From: an uncultured bacterium
Lineage (GTDB): Bacteria > Armatimonadota > Abditibacteriia > Abditibacteriales > Abditibacteriaceae
Direction: 5' to 3'
DNA: 36,056 bases
Assembly: GCA_963843795.1 (NCBI GenBank)
Contig: CAWJLW010000005.1
Span: forward strand, 62,001 to 98,056
Positions 1 to 10,200 of this stretch are shown here, piece after piece. Every line of letters starts with the position of its first letter. Positions within the stretch are counted from its first letter, which is position 1. The notes under the pieces were generated by a model, which searched no databases, was not told the DNA's origin, and saw nothing but the letters and a program-made list of their open reading frames with translations. A program made the translations under genes and the position numbers.

Positions 1-942
1 GCCCGCTTGTTCTTGAATTTCCGGCGGCACGACATCCGATTCGCTCAGTAATTTTTGATACAACTGATCGGGATTGACGGTTGCGATGACCGCTTTATTC
101 GCACGATATTCTTCGCCATTTTCCGTCCGCACGCCGACGGCTTTGCCATCTTCGACGATGATCTGATTCGCGGTTGTGTTCGCGTAGATTTTGCCGCCCT
201 GATCTTTGACCAGTTGCGCCAGTGCGCTGGCCATTTTCTCCGCGCCGCCGACGCCGACCGGCAGACCGGCGCTTTGTGCGCCCATGCCGAAAACCTTGAC
301 CCAGAAACCGCTGTTGGCCTCGTCTGGCCCGTGACCCGAATGCAAAACCCACGGCGCCAAAAACGCTTTCCACACTTTGGATTGAAACGATTCTTCCAAC
401 ACTTCGCGCGCTGTGCGCAAAAACTCCGCAGCAAATGGCGTCGGTTTGCCTTCGGATGTCGCCATCAAACTCGCCATCATCGCTTTCGATTCCGGCGTGG
501 TTAGGTCGCTTTTGAGCAGCGTGAAAACTTCGTTGGCGTGCGCGCCCAAACCGCCCAACATATTCGCCCACGCCGCGCCATCGCCGGGCGCCAAACGCTC
601 GGCTTCGGCCATGTTGGCTTCCATGTCGGTGGTCAGAATCGTCGCGCTGCCATCGTGCAGCGAAACTCCGGCAGGCGTGTCCGAATTGGCCATTGTCAAG
701 CCGCGCGTCGCGAGATCGGGCGCGAGATCGGCATAGGCTGCTGAAATCGCAAAGAGAATCAAGAAGCCCGCATACACATCGTGGACAAAGCCGGGCAGGG
801 TGATTTCTTGCGTGCGAAGGCCGCCGCCGGGCCGGTCGTTGCGGTCGAGAATCAACACGCTCCAACCGGCTTTGGTCAGATAGGCGGCGTTCACTAAAGC
901 GTTGGGGCCAGCCCCAATAATTACTGCATCATACGATTCCAT
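1..942 (-). CDS. NAD(P)/FAD-dependent oxidoreductase, phytoene desaturase (CrtI)-like family; 3' end runs off the window
   Basis: Absent from the ORF track because it has no stop in the window. Read manually from ATG at 942: MESYDAVIIGAGPNALVNAAYLTKAGWSVLILDRNDRPGGGLRTQEITLPGFVHDVYAGF, a GxGxxG-type dinucleotide-binding start plus the GG..T.E..PGF.HD motif. The frame is still open at 60..1 (YQKLLSESDVVPPEIQEQAG). AAGGGA RBS-like sequence upstream. Confidence 0.88.
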   Translation of the reverse strand, partial: MESYDAVIIGAGPNALVNAAYLTKAGWSVLILDRNDRPGGGLRTQEITLPGFVHDVYAGFLILFAISAAYADLAPDLATRGLTMANSDTPAGVSLHDGSATILTTDMEANMAEAERLAPGDGAAWANMLGGLGAHANEVFTLLKSDLTTPESKAMMASLMATSEGKPTPFAAEFLRTAREVLEESFQSKVWKAFLAPWVLHSGHGPDEANSGFWVKVFGMGAQSAGLPVGVGGAEKMASALAQLVKDQGGKIYANTTANQIIVEDGKAVGVRTENGEEYRANKAVIATVNPDQLYQKLLSESDVVPPEIQEQAG

Positions 943-961
943 CAAGCGTTCCCTTGGCCCC

Positions 962-1033
962 GCAAGTACTTGCAAGGTGTTTTTCTCAAATTATGAACGC
1001 GCAGCCGCTGCAAGTACTGGCTGCAGTACTTGC
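962..1033. repeat. Cluster of three GCAAGTACTTGC-family palindromes (one perfect, two degenerate) in an intergenic gap
   Basis: gcaagtacttgc at 962-973, gcaagtactggc at 1010-1021 and gcagtacttgc at 1023-1033. Confidence 0.9.
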
Positions 1034-1050
1034 AGGGCGCTATTGCCGCT

Positions 1051-1917
1051 TTAATCGAACGCGCCCAACTGTTTCATCAAGCCCAGATCGTTCTCATTGA
1101 CCCAGATTTCAACGATTTTTCCGCCGGCGAAAACGAAGATGTCGATGCCTTGATCTTTGATGTGATTGCCGGTCGCTGGCATTCCCAAAAATGGCCCGTT
1201 GTGCGTGCCTTCGATGAACCAGCGCGCCGCGACTTTATTGCCCTCAGAGCATTGGCGCTCGACGGTAAATTTGATGTCGGGAAAGCCGGTGCGCAAACCG
1301 GTGACAAAGCCGCGCATTCCGTCGCGTCCGCGAATCGGTTCGGGCAGAGTCGGGATATGAAACGAGAATTTTTCGGCGATGATTTCGTCGATGACCGAAA
1401 AGTCGCCGCCCGTCATCAAATCGTTGAAATAACGCGCTACCATCGCTTCGTTGGCTTCAACGGAATTATCGGTTTCGGGCTGCGGCGGCGCGGGAATGGC
1501 GCCGATTTGCATCAGCAACCCCAACGTGTCTTCGTTGATGCGCGCTTCGACGAACTTGCCGTCTTTGAAGCGCAGCCATGACATGCCATCAATCACGAAC
1601 GGGTTGCCTTTGGCCGGAACATCGCCTTTAAGTGTTTTGAGCGGTGTGCCGGTGTGCGTGCCGCGCGCCGTCCAGTGGCCGACAACGGTATCGCCTTGTC
1701 CGAGTAAATGTTCAATAGTAAATTTAAGATCGGGAAAGGCACCGCGCAGCATCGTCACCAAATTCTTGAATTCCGCCCCTCGATAAGGATCAACGTGCGT
1801 CGGATTGCTGAATTCAAATTCCGGCGCCATATATTGATCGACAAACGACAAATCGCCATTACTCATCAATTCGGCGTAATAGCGGCGGGCTAAAACCTTG
1901 TTTTCTTCAACGGACAT
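1051..1917 (-). CDS. Tandem two-domain ester cyclase / SnoaL-like polyketide cyclase
   Basis: Two repeats of the SnoaL pattern (S-VE-NK..RRY, AFPDLKFT, W..GTH.G, G...F.DGK.VE, D.LGL..Q.G). Start chosen at ATG 1917, 7 nt after AAGGAG. Confidence 0.88.
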   Translation of the reverse strand: MSVEENKVLARRYYAELMSNGDLSFVDQYMAPEFEFSNPTHVDPYRGAEFKNLVTMLRGAFPDLKFTIEHLLGQGDTVVGHWTARGTHTGTPLKTLKGDVPAKGNPFVIDGMSWLRFKDGKFVEARINEDTLGLLMQIGAIPAPPQPETDNSVEANEAMVARYFNDLMTGGDFSVIDEIIAEKFSFHIPTLPEPIRGRDGMRGFVTGLRTGFPDIKFTVERQCSEGNKVAARWFIEGTHNGPFLGMPATGNHIKDQGIDIFVFAGGKIVEIWVNENDLGLMKQLGAFD

Positions 1918-1947
1918 GAACAAGCTCCTTCAACTGTGAATTTAGAA

Positions 1948-2367
1948 TTAAGGAGCCAGCGCTTCGCCAATATTGGTGAAGCCGGCCCATGTCTTTTTGA
2001 TTTTGCCGTCCACGATGTAGGTGTAATGAATACCGGTCACGGTGGAATAACGACCTGTGGGCGCAAAACCTGCGAACGGTCCTTTGTGATGTCCGCTCAT
2101 GTGGAACTTGGTGGCGATAATTTCGCCGTTGGAAACGATTTCGTCGATGTTATACGACATATCGGGAAAGGCAGCGCGAAAGGCTTTGACGCGGCCTTTG
2201 AAGGCTTCGCGGCCCGATTGAGCCGGACCTGCGTTGGCCGTCAAAGCGGGCGCGTCGAATTCGTAATCTTCAGCGTAAATGTCGTCAATTTTGTCGAGAT
2301 TGTTCTGTGTCAGCACTTCATCGAACAAACGGCGCAGCACGTTTTTGGCTTCTTCGGGGGATGACAT
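1948..2367 (-). CDS. Ester cyclase / SnoaL-like protein
   Basis: 139 aa; AFRAAFPDM, GHHKGPFAGFAPTG and DGKI motifs; AAGGAG RBS. Confidence 0.87.
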   Translation of the reverse strand: MSSPEEAKNVLRRLFDEVLTQNNLDKIDDIYAEDYEFDAPALTANAGPAQSGREAFKGRVKAFRAAFPDMSYNIDEIVSNGEIIATKFHMSGHHKGPFAGFAPTGRYSTVTGIHYTYIVDGKIKKTWAGFTNIGEALAP

Positions 2368-2409
2368 ATGGACTCCTTGTTTCGGGTTTCAAGTGACAAT
2401 TTCAATTTT

Positions 2410-2856
2410 TTAAATCTGTGCGCCGTGAGCTTGCTCATCTAACATCGCAGTGCGCAGCGGCTTGCCATATTCACAAATGCGCACGTTTGTCATTTTGCCG
2501 TCTTGAAAATCGATGAACCATAGTTCGGCGCCGTGAATGTGTTCGTGCTTGGCGGGCACACCGGCAAATTCTTTTTCGTGTGTGCCTTGATACGAAATAT
2601 CGAAGGAAACGATGTCGTCTTCGGCAATAATATGTTCGATCTTGCACTGTACATCAGGAAAAGCATCGGTGAAGGCTTGCACGCTTTGCTGGTACAACTC
2701 GTATCCATTATCCTTTCCGGCCTGCGTGGGAATTCCGGGCGCTTCCAGCACCAAATTGGGGGCACCGATTTCGGACATAATACCCGCGATATTCTTGTTG
2801 TTCAATCCTTCTTCAACAAACTTCTCGACAACGGCCTTGTTCTGTTCGACTGACAT
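2410..2856 (-). CDS. Ester cyclase / SnoaL-like protein
   Basis: 148 aa; MSVEQNKAVV, AFPD, GTHEKEFAGVPA and FQDGKM motifs; TAAGGAG RBS. Confidence 0.85.
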   Translation of the reverse strand: MSVEQNKAVVEKFVEEGLNNKNIAGIMSEIGAPNLVLEAPGIPTQAGKDNGYELYQQSVQAFTDAFPDVQCKIEHIIAEDDIVSFDISYQGTHEKEFAGVPAKHEHIHGAELWFIDFQDGKMTNVRICEYGKPLRTAMLDEQAHGAQI

Positions 2857-2924
2857 CTGCTTTCTCCTTATTGATATGGCGAATTAACGAAATTTTGATC
2901 TTGCAAGTACTTGCAGCGAATTTT

Positions 2925-3344
2925 TCAGGCCAAACGGTCGGGCAGCGGCTTGAGTTGAATGGCGGCCCACATGAAATCGTCGTAGTTGTGCTGATCGGCC
3001 ATCAAGACCTGAACTTCGCTGATTTTGCCGTCGGTAATTGTGTAGTAATTGCAATTCAAGGCTTTCATTTCCGCGCCTTCTGTTGTGGCCGTTGCGCGAT
3101 AAATTTCGGCCACGCCGCCGTTGCTTAGCTCGCCCATTTCCAGCGGCGTCACCTGCGCGCCCAGCGAGCGCAATTTGCCAAAAAACGCCAGTACTTCGCC
3201 CACTCCGTTTTTGGTGCCTGCGAGGGGATGATGGCCTGGCAAATGCCACACGATATCGGGTGCGAAAACTTCGGCTTTGAGCGTTTCCATATCGCCGGTT
3301 TTAAAGCAGTTGTACATTTTGTGAACGACTTCGACATTCGACAT
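2925..3344 (-). CDS. Nuclear transport factor 2 (SnoaL-like) family protein
   Basis: MSNVEVV..MY..F..GD, FAPDIVWHLPG.HPLAG...G...VLAFF and DGKISEV are typical of the NTF2-like fold. Start moved to ATG 3344, which follows AAGGAG. Confidence 0.85.
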   Translation of the reverse strand: MSNVEVVHKMYNCFKTGDMETLKAEVFAPDIVWHLPGHHPLAGTKNGVGEVLAFFGKLRSLGAQVTPLEMGELSNGGVAEIYRATATTEGAEMKALNCNYYTITDGKISEVQVLMADQHNYDDFMWAAIQLKPLPDRLA

Positions 3345-3369
3345 ATTTTCTCCTTGTGTTCGACATTCT

Positions 3370-3852
3370 TTACAACTGGGCAAAGCCCGGCGCGTATTCA
3401 AACGGTTTCACCGCGGCATTATAGGAAGTGATTTCCAGTCCGTAGGTATTGAGCGCACCTTTCTTCTCGGTCGGGCGCACCGTCCATTTCTGAAAAGCGT
3501 TCATCGAAGTGCGATGCGACTTCGCATCTTGTGGCAAACCTGTGGGCTTGAACCAGCTCGCCTGCCAGCACACCACAATATCCAACTCGGCTTCGGAATC
3601 TGATGCATTGGCGATATGGACGCTGGCGACGTTGTGGCTTTCATCGAAAAAGGTCACGATAATAATATCGACGTACCATTTGCGAAACCCTTCGTATCCG
3701 GTAAAAGGCGGATCGGGCGGGAAATTCATCTGCACATCTTCAGCTAAAAATTCGAGGCACTGTTCGACCGGCGCGTGAATATCGAGCGCGTTATACCAAG
3801 CAGCTGCGAACTGCTTGATGTTCTCTTCGGAAAGCGCGTTGGAATCGCTCAT
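3370..3852 (-). CDS. NTF2/SnoaL-like fold protein
   Basis: IKQFAAAWYNALD.H, FLAEDVQMNFP and GYEGFRKWY fit the NTF2-like pattern. Start placed at ATG 3852 (alternative 3876). In operon with its neighbours. Confidence 0.7.
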   Translation of the reverse strand: MSDSNALSEENIKQFAAAWYNALDIHAPVEQCLEFLAEDVQMNFPPDPPFTGYEGFRKWYVDIIIVTFFDESHNVASVHIANASDSEAELDIVVCWQASWFKPTGLPQDAKSHRTSMNAFQKWTVRPTEKKGALNTYGLEITSYNAAVKPFEYAPGFAQL

Positions 3853-3888
3853 GAAATCTCTTTTCTCCTGGGTCAAATTACTATTGGG

Positions 3889-5595
3889 CTACTGTCCGCA
3901 CGTATTGCCAATGCGTTCGGGATGATTATCGCCTTCCAAAACCAAATCAATCAGAAACGGGCCAGGGTGCGCCAGAGCCTGCTCGATGGCGGCTTTGATT
4001 TCCCACGGTTTTTCAACGCGCACTGCTTGCACGCCCATCGAACGCGCCAGGTCGGCGAATTGAATCGGCGGCTGCGATAAATCGAAGCTCAGAGGAAAAT
4101 CATGTTTGGGAATTTTTTCTTCCTGCCAGTAAGCGTCGATGTTCAGTTGCAGCAAACGATACGAGCCGTTGTTGCAAATCACGAATTTGGCATCCACGTT
4201 ATGGCGTACTGCCGACCATAAGGCTTGAATCGTATACATGCTGCCGCCGTCGCCGGTAAAGCCAAACACGACTTTGTCGGGATTGGCCATCTTGACCCCA
4301 ATTGCCCCCGGAATGCCCACGCCGAGTGAGCCGCCGCGCGTGATGAAATATTGCCCGGTTTTTTCCGGCGCGAAATAGCGCGAAATCGGTGGCGAATTGG
4401 TCAGAGCTTCGTCGAAAATAATCGCATCATCCGGCAGTTGCTCCATCAGTTCGGTGACGAAACGCGACATGTGCAATGGCACTTCATCACGCTCCTGTTC
4501 ATCTGCTTCCATGGCGTTCTGCAACGCTTTTTCTTTGGCCGCCGCTAAGGTGTCGGTGCGTTCTTTGGCCGCCGCTTTTTGTTCATCGGTCAGCACTTTT
4601 TTCAGCGTATCGGCCAACAAGGCCAGCGCCGTTTTCGGGTCGCCGAGCATTCCGATATCGACTGGATGATTTTTGGCGATTTCGTAGGCGTTGAGATCGA
4701 TGTGAATGGTTTTAGCGCCGTCTGCGTAAATATCGCCCAGAATGGGAAAAACTTCGGGCAGCATATACGTTCCGCACACCAGATTCACGTCGCCTTTGGA
4801 AGTAACTGGCAGGCTGTGCGTGCCGAACATATGGCCGGTCATGCCCTGATAAAGCGGATGGGTGTAGGAAAAGTTCACTTCTCCGGCATCGGCTTCCCAC
4901 ACTTCGGCGCCCAGCAATTCTGCCACGCGTGTCAATTCGTCCTGCGCACCGGAAAACGCCACGCCATCTCCCACAAAAATCATTGGCGTGTTGGCCCCGG
5001 CAAGTACTTGGGCGGCTTCTTCAATCAAAGCCGGATCGGGCGATACTCGTGTGGATGGAATCGAAGTCGGGCGCACTTCTTCAACGACCGGCGCATCAAG
5101 AATATCTTGTGGCAAACACACATAGACCGGTCCCATCGGTGGCGTGGCGGCGATTTTAATTGCGCGCCGCAAAGTGCGCAAAAGCGACGATGGATCTAGC
5201 ACCATCGTCGCCCATTTGGTAACCGGTTCGGCCATGGCAACCAGATCGCCCGCCATCTGCGCATCCATTGCCTGATATTTGACGCCCGCATCGCCGCCGA
5301 TGACGACGAGCGGCGAATGACCGCGCTTGGCTTGATAAAGCGCGCCGATAGAATTGCCCAGCCCCGGTGTGCTGTGGATTTGCACCAAAGTGGGCTTCTG
5401 TGTGGCGCGTGCATAACCATCGCCCACTAAAACCGCGATGGTTTCTTGCAAAGTGAGGAAATATTTGAGGTCTGGGTAATCGGCCAGCGCGTCCAAGAAT
5501 CCCTGTTCTACAGTGCCAGGATTGCCGAACATATGCGTCATGCCATCGGCCAGAAACTGCTCAATAATCGCGTTACGTCCCGTTTTTTCCGCCAT
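3889..5595 (-). CDS. Thiamine-diphosphate-dependent enzyme (benzoylformate decarboxylase / acetolactate synthase-like superfamily)
   Basis: 568 aa; N-terminal FGNPGTVE, catalytic Glu in LQE, ThDP-binding motif GDGGSMY...NN.SY, and GPVYVCLP.D. Confidence 0.93.
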   Translation of the reverse strand: MAEKTGRNAIIEQFLADGMTHMFGNPGTVEQGFLDALADYPDLKYFLTLQETIAVLVGDGYARATQKPTLVQIHSTPGLGNSIGALYQAKRGHSPLVVIGGDAGVKYQAMDAQMAGDLVAMAEPVTKWATMVLDPSSLLRTLRRAIKIAATPPMGPVYVCLPQDILDAPVVEEVRPTSIPSTRVSPDPALIEEAAQVLAGANTPMIFVGDGVAFSGAQDELTRVAELLGAEVWEADAGEVNFSYTHPLYQGMTGHMFGTHSLPVTSKGDVNLVCGTYMLPEVFPILGDIYADGAKTIHIDLNAYEIAKNHPVDIGMLGDPKTALALLADTLKKVLTDEQKAAAKERTDTLAAAKEKALQNAMEADEQERDEVPLHMSRFVTELMEQLPDDAIIFDEALTNSPPISRYFAPEKTGQYFITRGGSLGVGIPGAIGVKMANPDKVVFGFTGDGGSMYTIQALWSAVRHNVDAKFVICNNGSYRLLQLNIDAYWQEEKIPKHDFPLSFDLSQPPIQFADLARSMGVQAVRVEKPWEIKAAIEQALAHPGPFLIDLVLEGDNHPERIGNTCGQ

Positions 5596-5865
5596 AAAAA
5601 CTCATGCATTCTGAATGCTCTTTGGACAGACTTTCACTCAACATCACACAAAATTTAAAATGTGAGAATTTGAGAAACGATTACGCCTCAGAATATTTCA
5701 ATATTGAAAACCTCTGATGCGCAAGAAGTGAAAACTAAAAAGAGCCTGCAAAGAAAGGGAGGAATTGAGGAAATCGCGTTGCTAAACTAGTTTGGCAAGA
5801 ATTTAGCAGGGTTGAGCAACGTCACGCGATAACAGCCTGTGTCTCAGGATTTTATCTGTTGGCTT

Positions 5866-5899
5866 TCGGGTGAGAAAAGTTGCCGCTTTTCTCACCCGA
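5866..5899. terminator. Perfect 14-bp stem-loop between the DJ-1 and ThDP genes (terminator or RNA-stabilising hairpin)
   Basis: TCGGGTGAGAAAAG (5866-5879), loop TTGCCG, CTTTTCTCACCCGA (5886-5899). No clear U-tract on the minus (coding) strand. Confidence 0.55.
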
Positions 5900-6012
5900 T
5901 CTCTTTTCTCTTCCACGTCTCTACCAATCTACCAATACGTTCGTATCAAAAAACTGCTTTGCAGGTACTTGTTGCAAGTACTTGCAAAGGCCGAATCACC
6001 AAAAATTAAGGG

Positions 6013-6840
6013 TTACCAGCCGTAGCGTTTCAAACCGTTGTCCAGCACTTCGACCATTTTCTCGCCGGTCAAATAGGAATCGTTGTTCGAGCGTCCGGTA
6101 ATAAACGGATAATCGACGATGACCGAACCTTCGCGGCCAAAGTTGCCGATATATGCGCCGTCTGGACCGGTTGCGTCGCGCAGAATATATTCCAGCGGAT
6201 ACGGTGGCGGGCCCATGTTAATATCGGCGTTCATAAAGCCGGTACCGTCTTTATAATCGTATTCCTTGCAGTGTCCGGTGACGTGCTTGCCCCAGATAAT
6301 GCTTTTACGATCCTGCCAATCGCGCGCAAACGCCAAACACGTCACGCCATAACATTCGGCGCCAATTGGCTTGTCGCTTTTTTCAAACGCCATGATGATA
6401 TCGTGAACGCGCTGATTGTTGGCCAAATCGACAATCGGGCCGCTGCCACCGACAATCAAAACCGCGTCATATTTGGCCAGCCAGCCCGTGCGGGCTTCTT
6501 CGACGGCTTTGTTATATTTTTCCAAGTCGCGGATTAAGCTCGGCGAACTAAAATACGGGCGTTCCGGCATTAATTCGGAAATGTTCAGTGGATTGTCCAA
6601 ACGAGGAGATTTATCAATATCGCGCACTTTCTGCGCGACTTCCTCGCTGGTAACCGTCTTACCAAGGGGCGGATCGACATAAGTCGAATCCATACTGGGC
6701 GGCAGCGCAACCGGACGTTGGCCTTTGGGAGTGGCGAAATCAACTTCATAACCTGCAGCGTCAAAAGTTTCCAATGGGCCAACCAATTCTTCGCCCCAGA
6801 AACCATATTCGGACAGGATGACCAGAATTTTCTTGCTCAT
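6013..6840 (-). CDS. DJ-1/PfpI (type 1 glutamine amidotransferase-like, Hsp31-like) protein
   Basis: KKILVILS..GFWGEEL (conserved Glu), YDAVLIVGGSG, nucleophile elbow GAECYG, and DYPFITGR. GAGGAG RBS before ATG 6840. Confidence 0.9.
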   Translation of the reverse strand: MSKKILVILSEYGFWGEELVGPLETFDAAGYEVDFATPKGQRPVALPPSMDSTYVDPPLGKTVTSEEVAQKVRDIDKSPRLDNPLNISELMPERPYFSSPSLIRDLEKYNKAVEEARTGWLAKYDAVLIVGGSGPIVDLANNQRVHDIIMAFEKSDKPIGAECYGVTCLAFARDWQDRKSIIWGKHVTGHCKEYDYKDGTGFMNADINMGPPPYPLEYILRDATGPDGAYIGNFGREGSVIVDYPFITGRSNNDSYLTGEKMVEVLDNGLKRYGW

Positions 6841-7276
6841 CAAATCGCTCCTCGTATGTAACTTTTTAGAATGGTGTGAATGTCACTGCACTGCGGAAAA
6901 TTATGCGGCTATTATTTGAAAATCGGGCAAAAACAGTTATAAATCTAATCGCTTTGCACCGTTATGTAGATGATAAGTGATAGCTTTGAATTTTGCAAAT
7001 CTTTTTTTTCTATTCAAACAAAGCATAAGGGCAGGGGCAATATACACTATATTTATAGAAGAGAAGCGCTATGTTTGATCTTTTTAGTAGGGTTCTAGAT
7101 GAGTTATCAGAATTTTATAATAGAGGCTGTTAGCATAGTCGCCTTGCCTAATTTTTGCAAGTTGTTACGATTTTAAACGGACACTGGAATAATTGCTGAT
7201 CATATATAACGAATTTTGAAATTAAATGAGATTCGTTTGAACGAACAAGATTAATTCCTTCAATGCATTAGCTATT
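6841..7276. promoter_or_regulatory. AT-rich divergent promoter region
   Basis: 436-bp gap between divergently oriented genes, markedly AT-rich, with TATAAT-like hexamers (e.g. ttTATAAT near 7114-7121). Exact promoters cannot be resolved. Confidence 0.55.
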
Positions 7277-10200
7277 ATGGCGCAACAGAAACTGCGAATT
7301 TTTATTTCATCTCCCGGTGACGTTGGCCAGGAGCGTTTGATTGCCACACGGGTGGTGGCGCGCTTGCAGGGCGAGTTCGCCGGCTATGCTGAACTGGAGC
7401 CGATTCTGTGGGAGCACGAGCCGTTGCGCGCGACTTCGCATTTTCAAGATCAGATCGTGCCGCCTTCTCAAACTGACATCGTGGTTTGCATTCTCTGGTC
7501 ACGCTTGGGTACGCGGTTGCCCGACCATTTCCAGCGCGACGATGGCAGTTCTTACGCTTCGGGCACCGAATGGGAATTTGAGGACGCGGCGCGCTCATTT
7601 ATCGAACGCGGTGCGCCTGATTTGATGGTTTATCGCAAAACCAGCGAAGCCGTGACCGCACTTTCCGACGAAAAAGCGCTTTTGGATCGTTTACAACAAA
7701 AGAAGGCGCTGGATGCTTTTATCGACCGTTGGTTTGGCAATGCGCAGGACACCTTCAAAGCGGCTTTTCATTCGTTCAATTCACCAGACGCTTTTGAAGA
7801 AACGCTGGAAAATCATCTGCGCAATCTGATCCGCGAGCGTTTGCCCAAGCAAATCAGCAGCGATGAGGGCGGCAGCGTACCGATTTCGTGGCACAAAGGT
7901 TCGCCTTTTCGTGGCTTGGAAGTGTTCGATGTCGAACACGCGCCGGTTTTCTTTGGGCGCACGCGTTCGATTGGTGAAATCAAAGATGCTCTGGTGTCGC
8001 GCGCTGCTGCGGGCTGCGCCTTTTTGCTGGTATTTGGCATGAGCGGCAGCGGTAAATCGAGCTTGATTCGCGCCGGTGTGCTGCCAACTTTGACTCAGCC
8101 GGGCGTGGCCGAAGGCATCGGTTTGTGGCGCTGGTGCATTTTTCGGCCCAGCGACAGCGGCCCCAACGAAAGCGGTGCGCTGGATATTTACAAAGGCTTG
8201 GCTCAGGAAATCGGCGAAGCATTGCCCGAATTGTCCGCCGATGGCCTGGATGCTTACGAGTTTGCGCAACTGTTGCACGAAGCGCCTAAGCGTGCCATCA
8301 GCGCCCTGCGCCACGCGCTGCAAGAAGCGGCACAAAAAGCGGCGGAGCAGGAACAATTGGAGCAGCCGCCCGCCGCGCGGCTGGCGATTGTCATCGATCA
8401 GATGGAAGAATTGTTCACGCTCGATGCGCTGGGCGTGGAAACGCGCGATGGGTTCGTGCAAGTACTTGCCGAGCTAGCGCGCAGCGGTTTGGTATGGATT
8501 ATTGGAACGATGCGCTCGGATTTTTACCAGCGCTGCGCGGAGATTCCAGCTCTGATTGCACTTAAAGAGGGTGCGGGCCAATACGATTTATTGCCGCCAA
8601 CTTTCGCCGAAATTCGCCAGATTATCGTGCAGCCCACGCGTGCTGCCGGCCTGCGTTTTCAAGTTGATCCGGCCAACAACGAACGCTTGGACGACGTACT
8701 GCACGAGGCCGCCGCACAGGAGCCTGAAGCGTTGCCCTTGCTGGAATTCACGCTCGACGAACTCTATTTGCAGCGCACGCCCGAAGGCATTTTGACCTTC
8801 GAAGCTTATCGAAAAATGGGCGGCTTGGAAGGCGCGCTCACGCGCCGCGCTGAAGACACATTCCTAGAACTCTCAGACGAAGTGCAAAAGGTGCTGCCCG
8901 AGGTACTTCGGGCGCTGGTTTCGCTGGGCAGCGAAGGCGATTTATTGGCGCGTCGGCGAGTGCCGGTCGAAGTTTTGGCCAACACGCCGCAGAAGAAAAC
9001 TCTCGTCGATGCGTTTATCACCGCGCGTTTATTGGTCACCGACCGCGCGGAAAACGGTGAAACCGTGATCGGAGTGGCGCACGAGGCCTTGCTGCGCCAC
9101 TGGGTGCGCTTGCAACAATGGCTGGCCGACGACCGCGAATTTCTCCTGACGCGCGACCGCGTGGCGGCTGCAGCCAAAACCTGGATCGTCGAGAAAAAAT
9201 CGTCCGACACTTTGCTGCACGAAGGCAAAGCCCTGACCGAAGCCGTCGATATTTTGACACGTCGAGGCAGCGATCTCGATCCGCTTATAGTCGAATACAT
9301 CCAAACTTCGCAGCGCAAATGGCGCAATGCCAGACGGCGCAAGTGGCTCAGCATCGGCGCGGTAGCAGCAGGCTTTTTTATCGTGATTTCGGGTTTTGGA
9401 ATTTTCAGCTACGGACAATGGCAGCGGGCGGAAAAGCAGAAACAGTTGGCGCTCACAGCAGTCAACTCGTGGACGCGCGACATTCCCGACAAGCTCAAAG
9501 ATGTGCCCGGCACGCTACCAGTTTTGCGCGAAATTTTCGAGAAAAACGTGGGCGTTCTCGACCAAATCATCGCGCTCAATCCCGATACCGCGGGAGCGCA
9601 ACGCGAAAAAGCCATGAACTACGAACACAGTGGCGATACCTGGCGCGTGCTGGGCGCGACCCAAACTGCACTCGAATCATACGAAAAAAGTTTCGCTATT
9701 TTGTCGAAACTGGCCAAAGACCAAACCAATCTCCAAGCTCAACGCGACTTGTCCAAAAGCTACGAGCACATCGGCGACACGCGCCTGGAAATCGGCGATT
9801 TAGAAGGCGCAGGACAAGCATATCAAAAAGATTTGGAATTAACGCAAGCCTTGTCCAAAAGCAGCGAAGACGAAGAATGGCAACGCAATTTATCGGTCGC
9901 TTATGAAAAAATTGGCGACGTGGCGTGGCAAAAAGGTGACAAGGACAAAGCCTTGGATTCCTATCAGAAAAGTTTTCAGATTCGTCAGGCGTTGGCCAAG
10001 AGCAATCCGAGTTTGGAGGCGCAGCGCGATTTGTCGGTTAGTTACGAACGACTGGGTCACATCCGTTTAGCTCTGGCTGACGCTAAAGGCGCGCAGAAAG
10101 CTTATGACGAGAGCTTGAAAATTCGTCAGGCGCAAGTCAAAAGCGCGCCTTCGATTGAAGCGCAGCGCGATTTGGCATTCGGCTACACGCATATTGGCGA

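Noticed and set aside
95..865. 256-aa minus-strand ORF and other short ORFs in 1-900
   Set aside because: Alternative-frame shadows of the real oxidoreductase starting at 942, which the ORF track missed because it has no stop in the window.
5700..5900. TPP riboswitch upstream of the ThDP enzyme
   Set aside because: A CTGAGA is present on the minus strand (about 5843-5848), but the downstream conserved ACCTGA...TAAT.C..GCG.AGG elements are absent.
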